Assembly: GCF_006345805.1 (NCBI RefSeq)
Contig: NC_043010.1
Location: 30,566,001-30,630,000, forward strand
Length of the DNA: 64,000 bases
Origin: Octopus sinensis
Lineage: Eukaryota
Reading direction: 5' to 3'
Part shown: piece by piece, positions 23,214 to 35,199 of the stretch
Numbering within the stretch: the stretch's first letter is position 1
How the letters are laid out: every line of letters begins with the position of its first letter
The notes under the pieces: model-generated
What the model saw: the letters and a program-made list of their open reading frames with translations, nothing else
Database searches by the model: none
What the model was told of the DNA's origin: nothing
Program-made: the position numbers and the translations under genes

Positions 23214-23880
23214 TAGACCCCCTTCGGTAATAAATTACTATTAGATTGGACCTAGAAAGGTACCCGCCGCGACACAAGTCTGGGCAAGTTTTTTTTTATG
23301 GAAGACCACCAGTTGCCCATGCATACCAGCCTCCCCTCTCCATGCCACTAATGTTATCTAAAGGAAAGGCAAAAATTGGCACCAGTGACGTCGCATATTA
23401 ATTTCTACAGTTGAGTGAACTGGGGCAATGTGAAATGAAGAGTTTTGCTCAAGACCACAACACATAGCCGGATCTGGGAATCGAATTCACTACCTTATGA
23501 TCGTGAGCACGACGTTCTAACAACTGATCCTTCACACACATACCACACTCACACACACATACGCACACACGTGTGTCCCTTTCTGTAGAAGAGCGTAGGC
23601 TCGAAACATAAAAGACTTTTTCTATTCCTGAGCGCTATACTAATGCATCTGTTTGTTTTGTACACCACCTGTCTTCGTCTTTTGTCTTTTTCGTAGACTC
23701 TCCCTATGTATGCGTGTATATATATATATATATATACGACGGGCTTCTTTCAGTTTTCGTCTACCAAATCCATTCACAAGGCTTTCTTTGGCTCTGGGCT
23801 ATATTAGAAGACACTTGCCGAAAGTGCCATGCAGTGGGACTGAACCGGAACCATGAAGTTGGGAAGCAAGCTTCTTACTG
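22925..23880 (-). mobile_element. Type A SINE with two nested insertions
   Basis: 3' half 22925-23130 and 5' half 23737-23880; between them lie a type D SINE (23250-23533, -) and a family E copy (23575-23708, +). Confidence 0.8.
23575..23708 (+). mobile_element. Family E repeat with HHR-like fold (CTGTAGA core)
   Basis: cttt-CTGTAGA-A-GAGC-gtag-GCTC-GAAA-CA-TA-aaag. Confidence 0.7.
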
Positions 23881-24002
23881 CATTCGGCTGTGTGGAATGC
23901 TTTAATTTAAGGTTCAATGTAAACTTGTATCCAAGTTTGACAGATTGGTTTTCCAATAGGATACTGATAATCCTTTTTCTATTTTTGTAATATTGGTTTC
24001 AA

Positions 24003-24165
24003 ATTTTGGCACAAGGCCAGCAATTTCGAGGATGATGCTTAGCCGATTACATAGACTCCGGCGTTCAACTGGAAATTGTTATAGCGACTCCGAACGATGA
24101 AAGGTAAAATCGACCTCAACGGAATTTGAACTCGGAACGTAAAGACGGGCGAAATGCCGCTAATT
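24003..24165 (-). mobile_element. Type B SINE
   Basis: Plus strand ggtttcaaattttggcacaaggccagc...ggaatttgaactcggaacgtaaagacgggcgaaatgccgct. Confidence 0.8.
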
Positions 24166-24881
24166 TAGTAATATCATCGATTTGATAATCTGCTCTATTT
24201 AAAGGGACAATTGTAAAAATCATGAGCAATTCCAAAGTAAAGTTAGCTTGTGTGAAACTTGCTGATATTCTGAGGGAATGACCAACTCTCTACACTCACT
24301 GAGGAAGCTTCTATGTGGCCGCTCAACATGTTAAATATGACAGCCATATTTTCCTCAAATCCTTTCCTCGAATTACAACGTACTGTCTTAAAAGTGGTAA
24401 AACACAGTAGATAATGTATTCTGTGGTAGACTATTCCTGAAAAATATATAAACAATAAGAGAGCAGTGATTGGGAAGCTTTTGGTTATAGTTCTACTGGA
24501 CAATCAAGCAATTACGATAAATTCTAATAATGATATGATTAATTGCTATTTATGAGAAACTAGTTTTGGTCATTGAAAACTAAAACTCTAAATCGTTGAA
24601 CATTAATATTTCTTGTCACGAGGTGGAAAAAAAATTACAAAGAGTGAAGAAATTGAATGTCGTGGCGTTTATTTCTTTAGACGAATTATTGACTTAAATG
24701 AACTAAACTGGCTTTGACCGAGTATCGAAGCCTGCTCACAGAATCAAATCTCCATGAAGTTTGAGTTTTATAACATAAAATTGCCGAACCAACAAGAAAA
24801 CTTTTACGTAGCCGCTCGACCTGGCAGAACTAGCAAAAACTTCTCCCCGCAGATTGTATCATACATTCTTTCAAAAATGGT

Positions 24882-25062
24882 AAGGTGTTGTGGTCTTGAG
24901 CAAGACACTTTATTTCACATTGCTCCAGTTCACTCAACTGTAGAAATGAGTTGTGACGTCACTGGTGCCAAGCTTTGCCTTTCCTTTAGATGACATTGGT
25001 GGCATGGAGAGGGGAGGCTGGTATGCATGGGCAACTGGTGGTCTTCCATAAAAAAACCTTAC
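24882..25062 (+). mobile_element. CORE-like SINE (type D), inverted relative to 23250-23533
   Basis: gttgtggtcttgagcaagacactttatttcacattgctccagttcactcaactgtagaaatgag resembles the CORE domain; the 3' part closely matches the reverse complement of 23290-23395. Confidence 0.75.
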
Positions 25063-25651
25063 GCTGAAATCTGAGACGAGCCCAAAAGAGAGTACTGTTA
25101 CTGTTGAAATAATTTACACGATCAGGATTGACCTAAGGCCAAAGAACAACAGCGGCAGTTCATGGTCAAGTTGTCAGCCACGGCATGGATGTAGTCCTAT
25201 AACATGAAACTGAGACAGGAGGGTCATAGGAGGATCACGACATCACTAATGTAAAACAATCGCAGCAGAACAATAATAAATTCACAACAGTCCACTTTGT
25301 TATTTAAATTCGATCCTTGATTGCAGTTGTTTGCTTGGATTAACTTTTGATACTGACTTCGATTTATGGCTCAAGAATATTGGAAGAGGTCATTCAGTAC
25401 GCTTTATAGTTCAATTTGAAATGTTGCTTCTTTCTAGATGAAAATTCCGGATCGATGTGTTTTATATTTTTTTAGCTACTTTCTACTTTTTTTTTATTTA
25501 TCTAGCCTCCTCTTCCCTCCTTTAATAGAAGACTAATTCAACTTGATACATTATCAGAGATATGCTTGGTTTATATCTCGGCCTACAATTCAGCGAATGA
25601 AAGCTTTAAGTCAATCGGCTACTGATCTTGCTATAAACATAATTCATCTTA

Positions 25652-26071
25652 GGAGGCAAGCTGGCAGAAACGTTAGCGTGCCGGGCGAAATGCTTAGCGG
25701 TATTTCGTCTGCCGTTACGTTCTGAGTTCAAATTCCGCCGAGGTCGACTTTGCCTTTCATCCTTTCGGGGTCGATAAATTAGGTACCAGTTACGCACTGG
25801 GGTCGATGTAATCAACTTAATACCTATGTCTGTCCTTGTTTGTCCCCTCTATGTTTAGCCCCTTGTGGGTAATAAAGAAATAAAAATAGGTATTTCGTCT
25901 CTCGTTACATTGTGAGTTCAAATTCCGCCGAGGTCGACTTTGCCTTTCATACTTTCGGGGTCGATAAATAAAGTACCAGTTCGCACTGGGGTCGATGTAA
26001 TCGACTTAATACCTATGTCTGTCCTTGTTTGTTCCCTCTATGTTTAGCTCCTTGTGGGCAATAAAGAAATA
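25652..26071 (+). mobile_element. Type B SINE dimer (full unit plus 5'-truncated unit)
   Basis: Unit 1 25652-25888; unit 2 25889-26071 starts at internal ggtatttcgtct. Confidence 0.9.
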
Positions 26072-26109
26072 TATATAACATAATTCATCTATATAAGTAT
26101 GTGTGTGTG

Positions 26110-26149
<40 letters not shown>

Positions 26150-26838
26150 CTGTGTATGAATGTATAGAGAAAAGTGCAAACAAGGTCAGTCGGTCACACA
26201 ACTCTATCTGCTTTTTCCCTAAAAAATATGAATGATACACACATACATACATACATACATACATAATACATATATTGGCAAATAACCAAAATCCCTTTGT
26301 TTCCTCTGCCATAGTTTTGCCTGCTAATGTTTCGTTTACTTTCTGCATCAAATAGTTTACACGATAACCCCATTCGGAAAGCAAATATCGATAATCGATT
26401 AAACTCCTTCTGAAATATCGATTGAACAAAATAGATTAAATGTCACGCCTTGGGAAAATTTGTTGATCTGGAACGTTTCATTCAGTTAGTCTATATCATT
26501 TAATCCGACAATTGGTAACAAACGCTATCTTTTTCGCTTTTTAATAAGTTCCTCGTATTCTCTCATAATTATATGTTCATTTCATAAATGTATATATGTA
26601 TGTATAAATATATACATACATACATATATATATGTGTGTGTGTGTGTGTGTATACATACATAATACATACAAGAGCGGAACACACACATGCACGCTTACG
26701 CACGCGCGCACTCACACACACACTATATATATATATTTATATGTATATACATATATGTATGTATGTATGTACGTATTATGTATGTATGTATGTATGTATG
26801 TATGTATGTATGTATGTATGTATGTATGTATGTATATA

Positions 26839-28082
26839 CAGGGGTTGGGCAAAATAATGGAAGCACCTTAAAATTTCAAACAAATTTATTTTAATAGGAA
26901 TTCTACGAGGTATGGACTCGTACAAAGTTTGAATTGTTTCTAAAGGAATGCTTGTCCATTCTTCAGCTAAAAGAGTCTCCAGTTCTTGTAGTGATGATAG
27001 TAGAATATATCGACTCCTTACTTGTGTTTCTAAAATGCACCATAAATGTTCAATAATATTGAGGTTTGGGGACTGTCGTAGCCAGATAAGATGTTTAATT
27101 TCACTAGAATGTTCCTCGTGCCATACAGTGACAACGTTAGCTGTGTGATTTGGTGCATTATCATCCTGAAAGATTGCATTTCCCTTCAGAAACAGTTCCG
27201 CAACCATAGGATGAGTTTTATCAGATAAAATGCTTAAATAGTCTTGACTATTAATTCTGCCATGAAGGGAAACCATTGGGCTAGCGGATTTCCAAGATAC
27301 AGTCCCACCCCAGATCATCACAGATCCTCCTCAATGTTTAATAGTTGGGAGAAGGCAGTCTGGGTCAAATGCTTTTTTTTTTGTTTTTGGCTGCCTCCAC
27401 ACGTATACTCGGCCGGTGGTCGGAAATAAGGTAAGGGATGACTCGTCCGAGAAAATAACATTCTTCCACTGCTCTAGTCTGTAGGTTTTTTACTCCACTC
27501 TAAACGCTTTGCAGCCTTTGTTTTTGAAAGTAGTGGTTTTCTGATTGCTGTCCTTCCGTGAAATCCGGCTCTGTGCAGCTACTGGCGAATAGTTTTTGTG
27601 GAGACTGAGTTCTCGAGATGGTCATTAGGCTCTGCATTAATTTGGGGAGCTGTACTTTTGTGATCCTTTCTAACAATTCGCGTAAGAGTCCGACGGTCCC
27701 TATCTGAAAGTTTTTGTTTTCTTCCGGAGTTTTGTTTTGACGAGAAGGCTTTTCTCTCTTTCTCAAAGGCTGTCATTACTTTCGAGACATTACTTCTTGT
27801 TACACCAAACATTTCGGCTGTTTTCGTTACGCTAGCGCCTGCCATATGAGCACCAACAATTTGACCTCTTTGAAAGTCCAATAGATCTGTCATTTTAATG
27901 AATTTTAATAACCTTTTTCTGATGACATCTGAAAAGAAACAGCAATTTTAGCAAAACATATTAAGCAACACTAATAATAAATCAAAAAGTATAAAAATAA
28001 GCAAGCTTTTGACGTTTTTATAGATACTTAAAAATTATGATGCTATAATGCTAGGTGTTTCCATTATTTTGTCCAACCCCTG
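26839..28082 (-). mobile_element. Near-complete Tc1 (DD34E-type) transposon, inactive
   Basis: 30-bp TIRs CAGGGGTTGG(G/A)CAAAATAATGGAA(G/A)CACCT; TA on both sides; broken transposase MTDLLDFQRGQIVGAHMAG...FQDDNAPNHTA...SPNLNIIEHLW at 27893-26890. Confidence 0.92.
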
Positions 28083-28259
28083 TATATATGTGTGTATATA
28101 TATGCATACATACACGACGGGTTTCTTTTAGTAGAAGACACTTGCCTAAGATGCCACGCAGTGGGACTGAACCTGGAACAATGCATTTGAGAAGTAAGCT
28201 TCTTACCACACAACCATACCTGTACCTCTGTGTATGTGTGTGGGGGGGTCTGTATTTGA

Positions 28260-29805
28260 TCATTTAAATTCTTCCTCTGAAGAAGTATCTGGTTTCTAAC
28301 AAAGATACAAAGCTCCATATTTGAAATGTAGATAACAAAAACAATGTCACATTTTAAACTTGAGAAAAGACTTGCATAGTTTTACTGTTCCGCTTACAGA
28401 TTGTATTCATAATGTACGAATCGGTTGATTTCTTTTTCTGAAAATCCAAGCTTATCCAGACCGACAGTTAGGCATTTACATACAAAACCAAGTGCTCCAA
28501 TTATTGTTGGTTATAAATGGAAATTTGTAATCCGGCTATAGAAGCTGTCCATTGTTATCTTCTTTCTCTTTGATTTTCAAAGCGATATTCACATCAGCAG
28601 GACAGCTGATTTCTATTGTGGTACATACTTTTACTTGTGTGTTCAAACAACAATAACTGGCCTGTTATGCTTACACTTGATAGATGTTTTGAAGGGAATG
28701 TTCCACCAGTATTCCTTGGGCTGGTATTTGTGTACCTATTCAATAACAAAGGGTTTCTCTATAATTACTCCAGGACAGTCTTTTTTTTTTCCCGAACGTG
28801 ACTGTATATTGCTTTTGCGTCATCGTCATGTCGCATAGAGAGGTAATACCTTAATGACATTTTTGGGCAGCTGCTAATCACACGTGTGATATATTTCACA
28901 GAAATATGTCTACTTTTACAGTTCCATCTTGGAACTCCAAGGGCTTCACTGTCTCTTGTGTTGCAATCTCCGCTCTTGGACTGCAAATGCATGGCCTTCG
29001 AAGTGTGATGTGGTGTAGCGATCACGAGTCCAATAGGCGGCGAGCTGGCAGAACCGTTAGCATGCAGGGCGAAATGCGTAGCCGTATTTCGTCTGTCGTT
29101 ACGTTCTGAGTTCAAATTCCGCCGAGGTCGACTTTGCCTTTCATCCTTTTGGGGTCGATAAATTAAGTACCAGTTACGCAATGGGGTCGATATAATCGAC
29201 TTAATCCGTTTGTCTGTCCTTGTTTGTCCCCTCTATGTTTAGCCCCTTGTGGGTAGTAAAGAAACAGATCACGAGTCCAAGAGAGGCTTCGCTTGGTGTC
29301 AATGTTTCTATCTTCTTCGGGTCTACGAGAAACATACTCATGCACGGTCTTTTTTTTTTTTTTGGCATGCTGAGCATTTCACCTCCATGTCTTCTTTGAG
29401 GTATGCTAGTCCAGTTGATTTGGAATTGTATAGGAGGTCATCAGGAAGAGAGTGTTTCCAAGGAGCTTGCTTCCAACACGTAGCATATTGTTCTCTTCGC
29501 TTTTCAGGATTAAGTTAATGTATGTATTTTTGCTGCTGTTGTTTAGCAAGTGCTGTCTGAGACAGATTATGCGACATTCAAAGGCTGTCTACACTGATGT
29601 GAAACCTATACCTCCTTTATCTCGGAGCCTGTCAATATCGTTATTTTTGTGAAGATTTCCAGTTGATATTAGAACCTAGCGGAGTCGATTTCTTCTACAG
29701 ACCAGTCAAGTACCCCAAATGTTGGAATAAGCACTGGCACTACAAATGCATTGTTGGATAGTCTTGTTGTTAGAGGAAAGTTCAGACTACCATATTTTTT
29801 AGTCT
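28260..29805 (-). mobile_element. 5'-truncated R4/Dong-clade LINE (post-RT domain, zinc knuckle, RLE), interrupted by a SINE
   Basis: NAFVVPVLIPTFGVLDWSVEEID; RSLSWTRD..HFEGHAFAVQE; VISSCPKMSLRYYLSMRHDDDAKAIY; VSGTVKLCKSFLKFKM*. The 5' junction abuts the array at 29806-29975. Confidence 0.8.
29034..29266 (+). mobile_element. Full-length type B SINE with 14-bp target-site duplication
   Basis: GATCACGAGTCCAA at 29020-29033 and 29267-29280. Confidence 0.95.
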
Positions 29806-30078
29806 ATGTATATACGTATGTATGTACGTACGTGTGTACGTATGTATGTATGTAGTATGTATGTATGTATGTATGTATGTATGTATGTATGTATGTATGT
29901 ATGTATGTGTGTATGTATTTACCTATGTATGTACGTATGTATGAATGCATGTATGTATGCATGTATGTATGTATATTAAAGAGATTTGTTGTGCAAGGCC
30001 AGAACAATGCGTGACAGTACAAAGTAAACAACAAAAGTAAAAGGAAAAGAAAAGAAAAGAAAGTAACAGTTTTACCTT

Positions 30079-30120
30079 GTCTTTCTCCATTTCGGAGTTA
30101 AGACCCCTTTCTTCAGGACA
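30079..30120 (-). ncRNA. Degraded hammerhead-like motif
   Basis: Minus strand tgtc-CTGAAGA-AA-GGGG-tcttaa-CTCC-GAAA-TG-GA-gaaagac; cleavage site lost. Confidence 0.4.
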
Positions 30121-30302
30121 TTTGGGGAAAATGAAAGATGGAACCCCGAAATATATAAATACAAAGTAGAACTAAAACTTTTGTTTTGTTTTCTTTTTCT
30201 TTTTGTAGTTCGTAGTTTACTATGTATCTTTAAAGTTATACTACACAATGCTTCACCAAAACTACTCCATATATATGTGCGTGTGTGTGCGTGTGTGTGT
30301 GT

Positions 30303-30341
<39 letters not shown>

Positions 30342-31149
30342 CAAGTAGACGAAAATATCCCTTTAATTTTCTTTACAACAAAAACAAAACTGTAACTTCT
30401 CAAAGAAAGAAAAGCAATAAATATATATATTACAATTTCTTTGGTGTAAGAACGTTAATATATATTCTGCCTTGTTTGACCGGAGCTATCGCTGTCGTTT
30501 GGTTTCACACAATGCAAATGTATTGGCCCTGCGCCTAAGACATTAAGTTATTCAAATGAATCTCGCCTCAAGTATGCAAATCGTTAAAGGATAATAGCTA
30601 AAATGTTGTGTCTGTAAACTGTAGCTCGGATACACTGGTCAATATAAATAACAATGACGTCTAATTTAACGATTGCCAGAGGAAAGATCGAAAAATGAAA
30701 AGCAAAATAGATTATTCATACTGCCGCCATTTTGAACGGTCATGTGAAGTTATTATATGAACATATTGAATTGTAATACTTTCTATTGACTTCTTTTGAA
30801 ATTTCCATTAGGACAGAATAAATACTTCCATTTTTTCAGCTAATGACAATAATAGTGACATACTTAACTGTAATACAGTCTATTGATATTCCTTTTGAAC
30901 TAATGACATCACGATGATGAGAGACTTGAGGCAATGATCGTGATGATAATAATTTCTTTACTTGTCGCAAGGGCAAAAGATCGACAAAACTGTAAAAACA
31001 TTGAAATAAACGAGTATATTATAAGATAATAAGTGTAGATTTGTTTTCTTTTGGCCTAAACGAACGAACGCACAACGAGAAACTCGAAATAGCTAAAAAG
31101 TGAAATGTCAACCTCAAACGAATAAATAAACTCTCCTAATATGTGTGTG

Positions 31150-31233
<84 letters not shown>

Positions 31234-31550
31234 ATGAATGTGTGTATGTATGAATGTGTGTATGTATGTGTTTATGTATATATATATACATATATATGCA
31301 CATACACATATATATACATACATACATATATATATATACACACACACAAATATATATATATATACATATATGTATACATATATACACGTATGTGTGTGTG
31401 AGAGAGAGAGGGGGTACTGGTATATAGAAGACCCAAGGAGTGGCAAGTAACGCTAAGTAAGCGCTATGGACAGACCGTAGTTAAACTCTTGGTTTGATAG
31501 TGATACGAGTGAGGAGTCTAATGTACGTTTTGTATATGCATATACATATA

Positions 31551-31580
<30 letters not shown>

Positions 31581-31588
<8 letters not shown>

Positions 31589-31797
31589 CAAAATGAGATA
31601 ACAAAGCCAAGGCTCTGAAGAGTTTCCAGGACATTTATAAGGAAAAAGATATAGATATAGTCTTACAGCTGTTTCTGAGATATTAGGGATATCCATAAAA
31701 TCCCAGAAATAGCTGTAAGTCTATATCTATATCTTTTTCCTTATAAATGTCCTGGAAACTCTTCACACCCTTGGCTTTATCTCATTTTGTCTAATAT
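31581..31797. mobile_element. Foldback (palindromic) MITE-like element
   Basis: ~100-bp arms 31581-31680 and 31701-31797; 45 bp perfect (31616-31660 vs 31721-31765); 20-nt spacer; (TA)n flanks. Confidence 0.85.
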
Positions 31798-34440
31798 ACA
31801 TATATATATTATATACCCAGGCCTATTCCCCATTTTTAGGAGTGGATAGCCATAACAGATTCTGAAAAGACGAAGTTGACTTTGCATATAAGGCTGAAAC
31901 AAATACGTTGAGCATTTAAACCGTCACTCTAATGATTCTGAGAAGATAAGTGTGTGTGTTTGTGTGTGTGTATATCTATCTATCTATCTATCTATACATA
32001 CATACATACAGTATATGTACGTATATAACGATACTTGCTTGAAACACCGATATACAAAACACTGACTATCTAATAAGTAGCAGAGATATTTTGTGTGAGA
32101 GAAACATTCCCAATGAGACTTTTGCGTCAAAATTACTGGCCTTCGCTTTGGTCACCTGTGGATCACAAGAAACGATGTTTCGATCTGATCTAGTCTCTTC
32201 AGTAACGAATGCCTTCGACTTTCTGAACGAAGCCAAAGATCATTTATTTCCAATATCGAAATCAGCAAACAAAACATTTATTGATTTATCCGAAAACAAG
32301 CGAGGCTAGAATTAAATTGATATACAGACCATGATTTTGAAACAAAAGTCTCTATGAGTTTTTTTTTTTTTTTTTTGTCTGAGAAACAATATCACTATCA
32401 CAGCTAGGTGATACACCATAGTCAGCTCGGAGAGCTCTGTACTGGACTGATGGATGCCTTTCCAACTCGCTAGTTTTCTCAGTGCCAGATACCAAGAGAG
32501 GCAATTATGACCTGACCAGAAAGCTTTGCTTCTTTTATCGTAAATCAGTCAATATTATTTACTGATGGCGCATATTTACCATCAGACTGGAACGAATTTG
32601 TGAGTAGATGCGTGAAGCAGTAACAGAAAGTATACATACTTGTGCAAAGAACACTGGAATCACTTGAGGTTTTGTGATGAAAAAAACTTTTATTCTTTCC
32701 GTACACAAAAATTACTGTCATTACTACGAACGACAAAATGTTGAAAGAATTTTGAACGTTATTGTTTTTGGTGTAATTGTAACAGTAGTCAAAAGTTAGC
32801 TGCTGGTTGTATTGATGTCTACAACAGTTCGCATATATTCGCCACCCGTCTGCAGTCTTATCTCTACTATTCCTCAGTGCTCTTTCTGCTGTCCCCTAAA
32901 GCTCGCTCTGTCTCTAGTAGTCACGGAATGTCGAATTTATACTGATTGATTGGCTTCGAAGGAAGCGCGAAAACGTGGCTGGAGCCTATTCCCCATAAAG
33001 TCGTGATTGGTCAGACTGTATGTTCACGTGAGCAATATTCTAGCGAATCGCGACATCGGGTGATTGGTGAATATTCCCGCTACATACTTAAGACCAGTTT
33101 AAATATGTTTAAGAGATATTTGAACTCGTAAAAGCTTTTCACTGCAGTTTCTCTTACTGTAAAACATTGATTTATCCAAATCTGGGAAAATATAAGTTTC
33201 TAAAAGTAAACAAATAATAACTCTAAAAATCTTATAGTCTGAAACAAACGAGAATTTTAACAGAGTGAAACTCAAATATCTGAATGTTTTTCTAGACTGT
33301 AGATTAACTTTTAGGAAATACTCAAATAATCTAAGGTCCACAATGAAGGTACGGGATAATATTCTACAAAAACTAATAACTTGCCAGTGAAGTGCGGGTT
33401 CTGAAACACTCAGAATAGCAGCTCCATCTGTTTGCTATTGAGCTTCCAAAGTTGAGTAACTAGTATGAACTAAATATTCATATATATGATCTCTAGACAC
33501 TGTTCTCGACGAGACAAGCCGATATATAATTGACTACGTCAGGCCCCCTAACAGTGGTAATATTTACATGCCGTTTAGCATTGTTTTACTTGATATCAGG
33601 ACGGATGTTGTCATAAAAGCTAGGAGACCAAAGTAGATGTTTGAGGAAAGGCATCCATTATATGGATATTTTGAAATACGAACAAAATTAAAATCATGAT
33701 AAAGTTTCATTTCATCCAAACATTACTGTAGATGTTTCTAAAGAATCTTACATACCACAAACTTTAATAGAAGGAATTATTTCACCAATATCAGCTATGA
33801 AGACGGATCTAGGCGAAAGTGTGTTTAAATGGAGAGAATGTAGAAATATTTTAATTGATTCCATATTGGATTTGGCCTAACAAGAGGCGCTAAAAGTGAA
33901 ATGAGGATAAAAGGTATAATCCCCTTTCTGCGATTGTGGAATAGTCCAAATCATGAGTCACGTGCTGATTTGTCGATTATTGGATTTCACATATTGTTTG
34001 GAGGACTTTGGAAATATTTCAAATAATGTACAAGATTGTGTGAAAAAATAGAAAGATTTCATACAAAGACACATAATTATGATGATGACGAGAAGAAGAA
34101 GAAGAAGAAGAAGAACAACAACAACAACAACAATCTTGTTTTAAGACTATTTGTATGAATTTGTTAACCATTTATTAGCATTTTATTATTTTCTACTTAT
34201 TTTTTCTCTCCCTTTTATTGATTATCCAAGTCCCCTCCCCTACATGCACTCACGTAGACACAGTTTCTGGCTCACTAGAACAATATTAGCTGGATAAAAA
34301 AAAGTAAAGCTATTTTTCCAATAATACTTACTAGTAGAAAGAGCATAAATCTGACTGCTGTTTAATAACTCTGGTTGTGTGTTTGGATATCTAATTACTT
34401 ATAAGTCTTGTGTCTCCTTGTCATTTGATCAAGTGAATAT

Positions 34441-34534
<94 letters not shown>

Positions 34535-34739
34535 CATATATATGTGCATGTACGTATAAATAAATGTATCAACTGTGTGATTGTGTGTCATATATATATA
34601 TATTTATATGGTCAATTCAACGAACAAGCAATTCAAAAAACGGAAAAAAAGGGAGGAAAAAAGCGAAAAAGAGAAAAGTCCAAAGAAGAAGGAAGAGGAA
34701 AAATTGCCAACTGGTGTATGCATATGTATATATATATAT

Positions 34740-35150
34740 GTGGCTGTGTGGTAAGTAGCTTGCTTACCAACCACATAGTTCCGGGTTCAGTCCCACTGCG
34801 TGGCAAGTATCTTCTGCTATAGCCCCGGGCCGACCAATGCCTTGTGAGTGGATTTGGTAGACGGAAACTGAAAGAAGCCTGTCGTATATATGTATATATA
34901 TATATATGTGTGTGTGTGTGTGGTGTGTGTGTGTGTGTGTTTGTGTGTCTGTGTTTGTCCCCCTAGCATTGCTTGACAACCGATGCTGGTGTGTTTACGT
35001 CCCCGTCACTTAGCGGTTCGGCAAAAGAGACCGATAGAATAAGTACTGGGCTTACAAAGAATAAGTCCCGGGGTCGATTTGCTCGACTAAAGGCGGTGCT
35101 CCAGCATGGCCGCAGTCAAATGACTGAAACAAGTAAAAGAGTAAAAGAGT
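34740..35150 (+). mobile_element. Near full-length type A SINE
   Basis: Matches 7490-7885 and 59063-59468 apart from a short deletion after gcgtggca. Confidence 0.9.
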
Positions 35151-35154
35151 ATAT

Positions 35155-35197
<43 letters not shown>

Positions 35198-35199
35198 AA

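Noticed and set aside
25652-25750. SINE heads as functional tRNA genes
   Set aside because: A and B boxes are present, but there is no complete cloverleaf and they continue into SINE bodies.
26270-26560. Possible additional PLE thumb remnant (FNRYFRRSL...EWGY)
   Set aside because: Needs a frameshift and has too few diagnostic residues to call.
29290-29330. Minus-strand cccgaagaagatagaaacattg as a ribozyme
   Set aside because: It is LINE coding sequence (RRPEEDRNID).
30723-30734. GCCGCCATTTTG YY1-type motif
   Set aside because: An isolated 12-mer with no supporting promoter evidence.
32165-32207. Minus-strand CTGAAGA...GAAACATCGTT
   Set aside because: Stem I does not pair and stem II needs an indel; compatible with chance.
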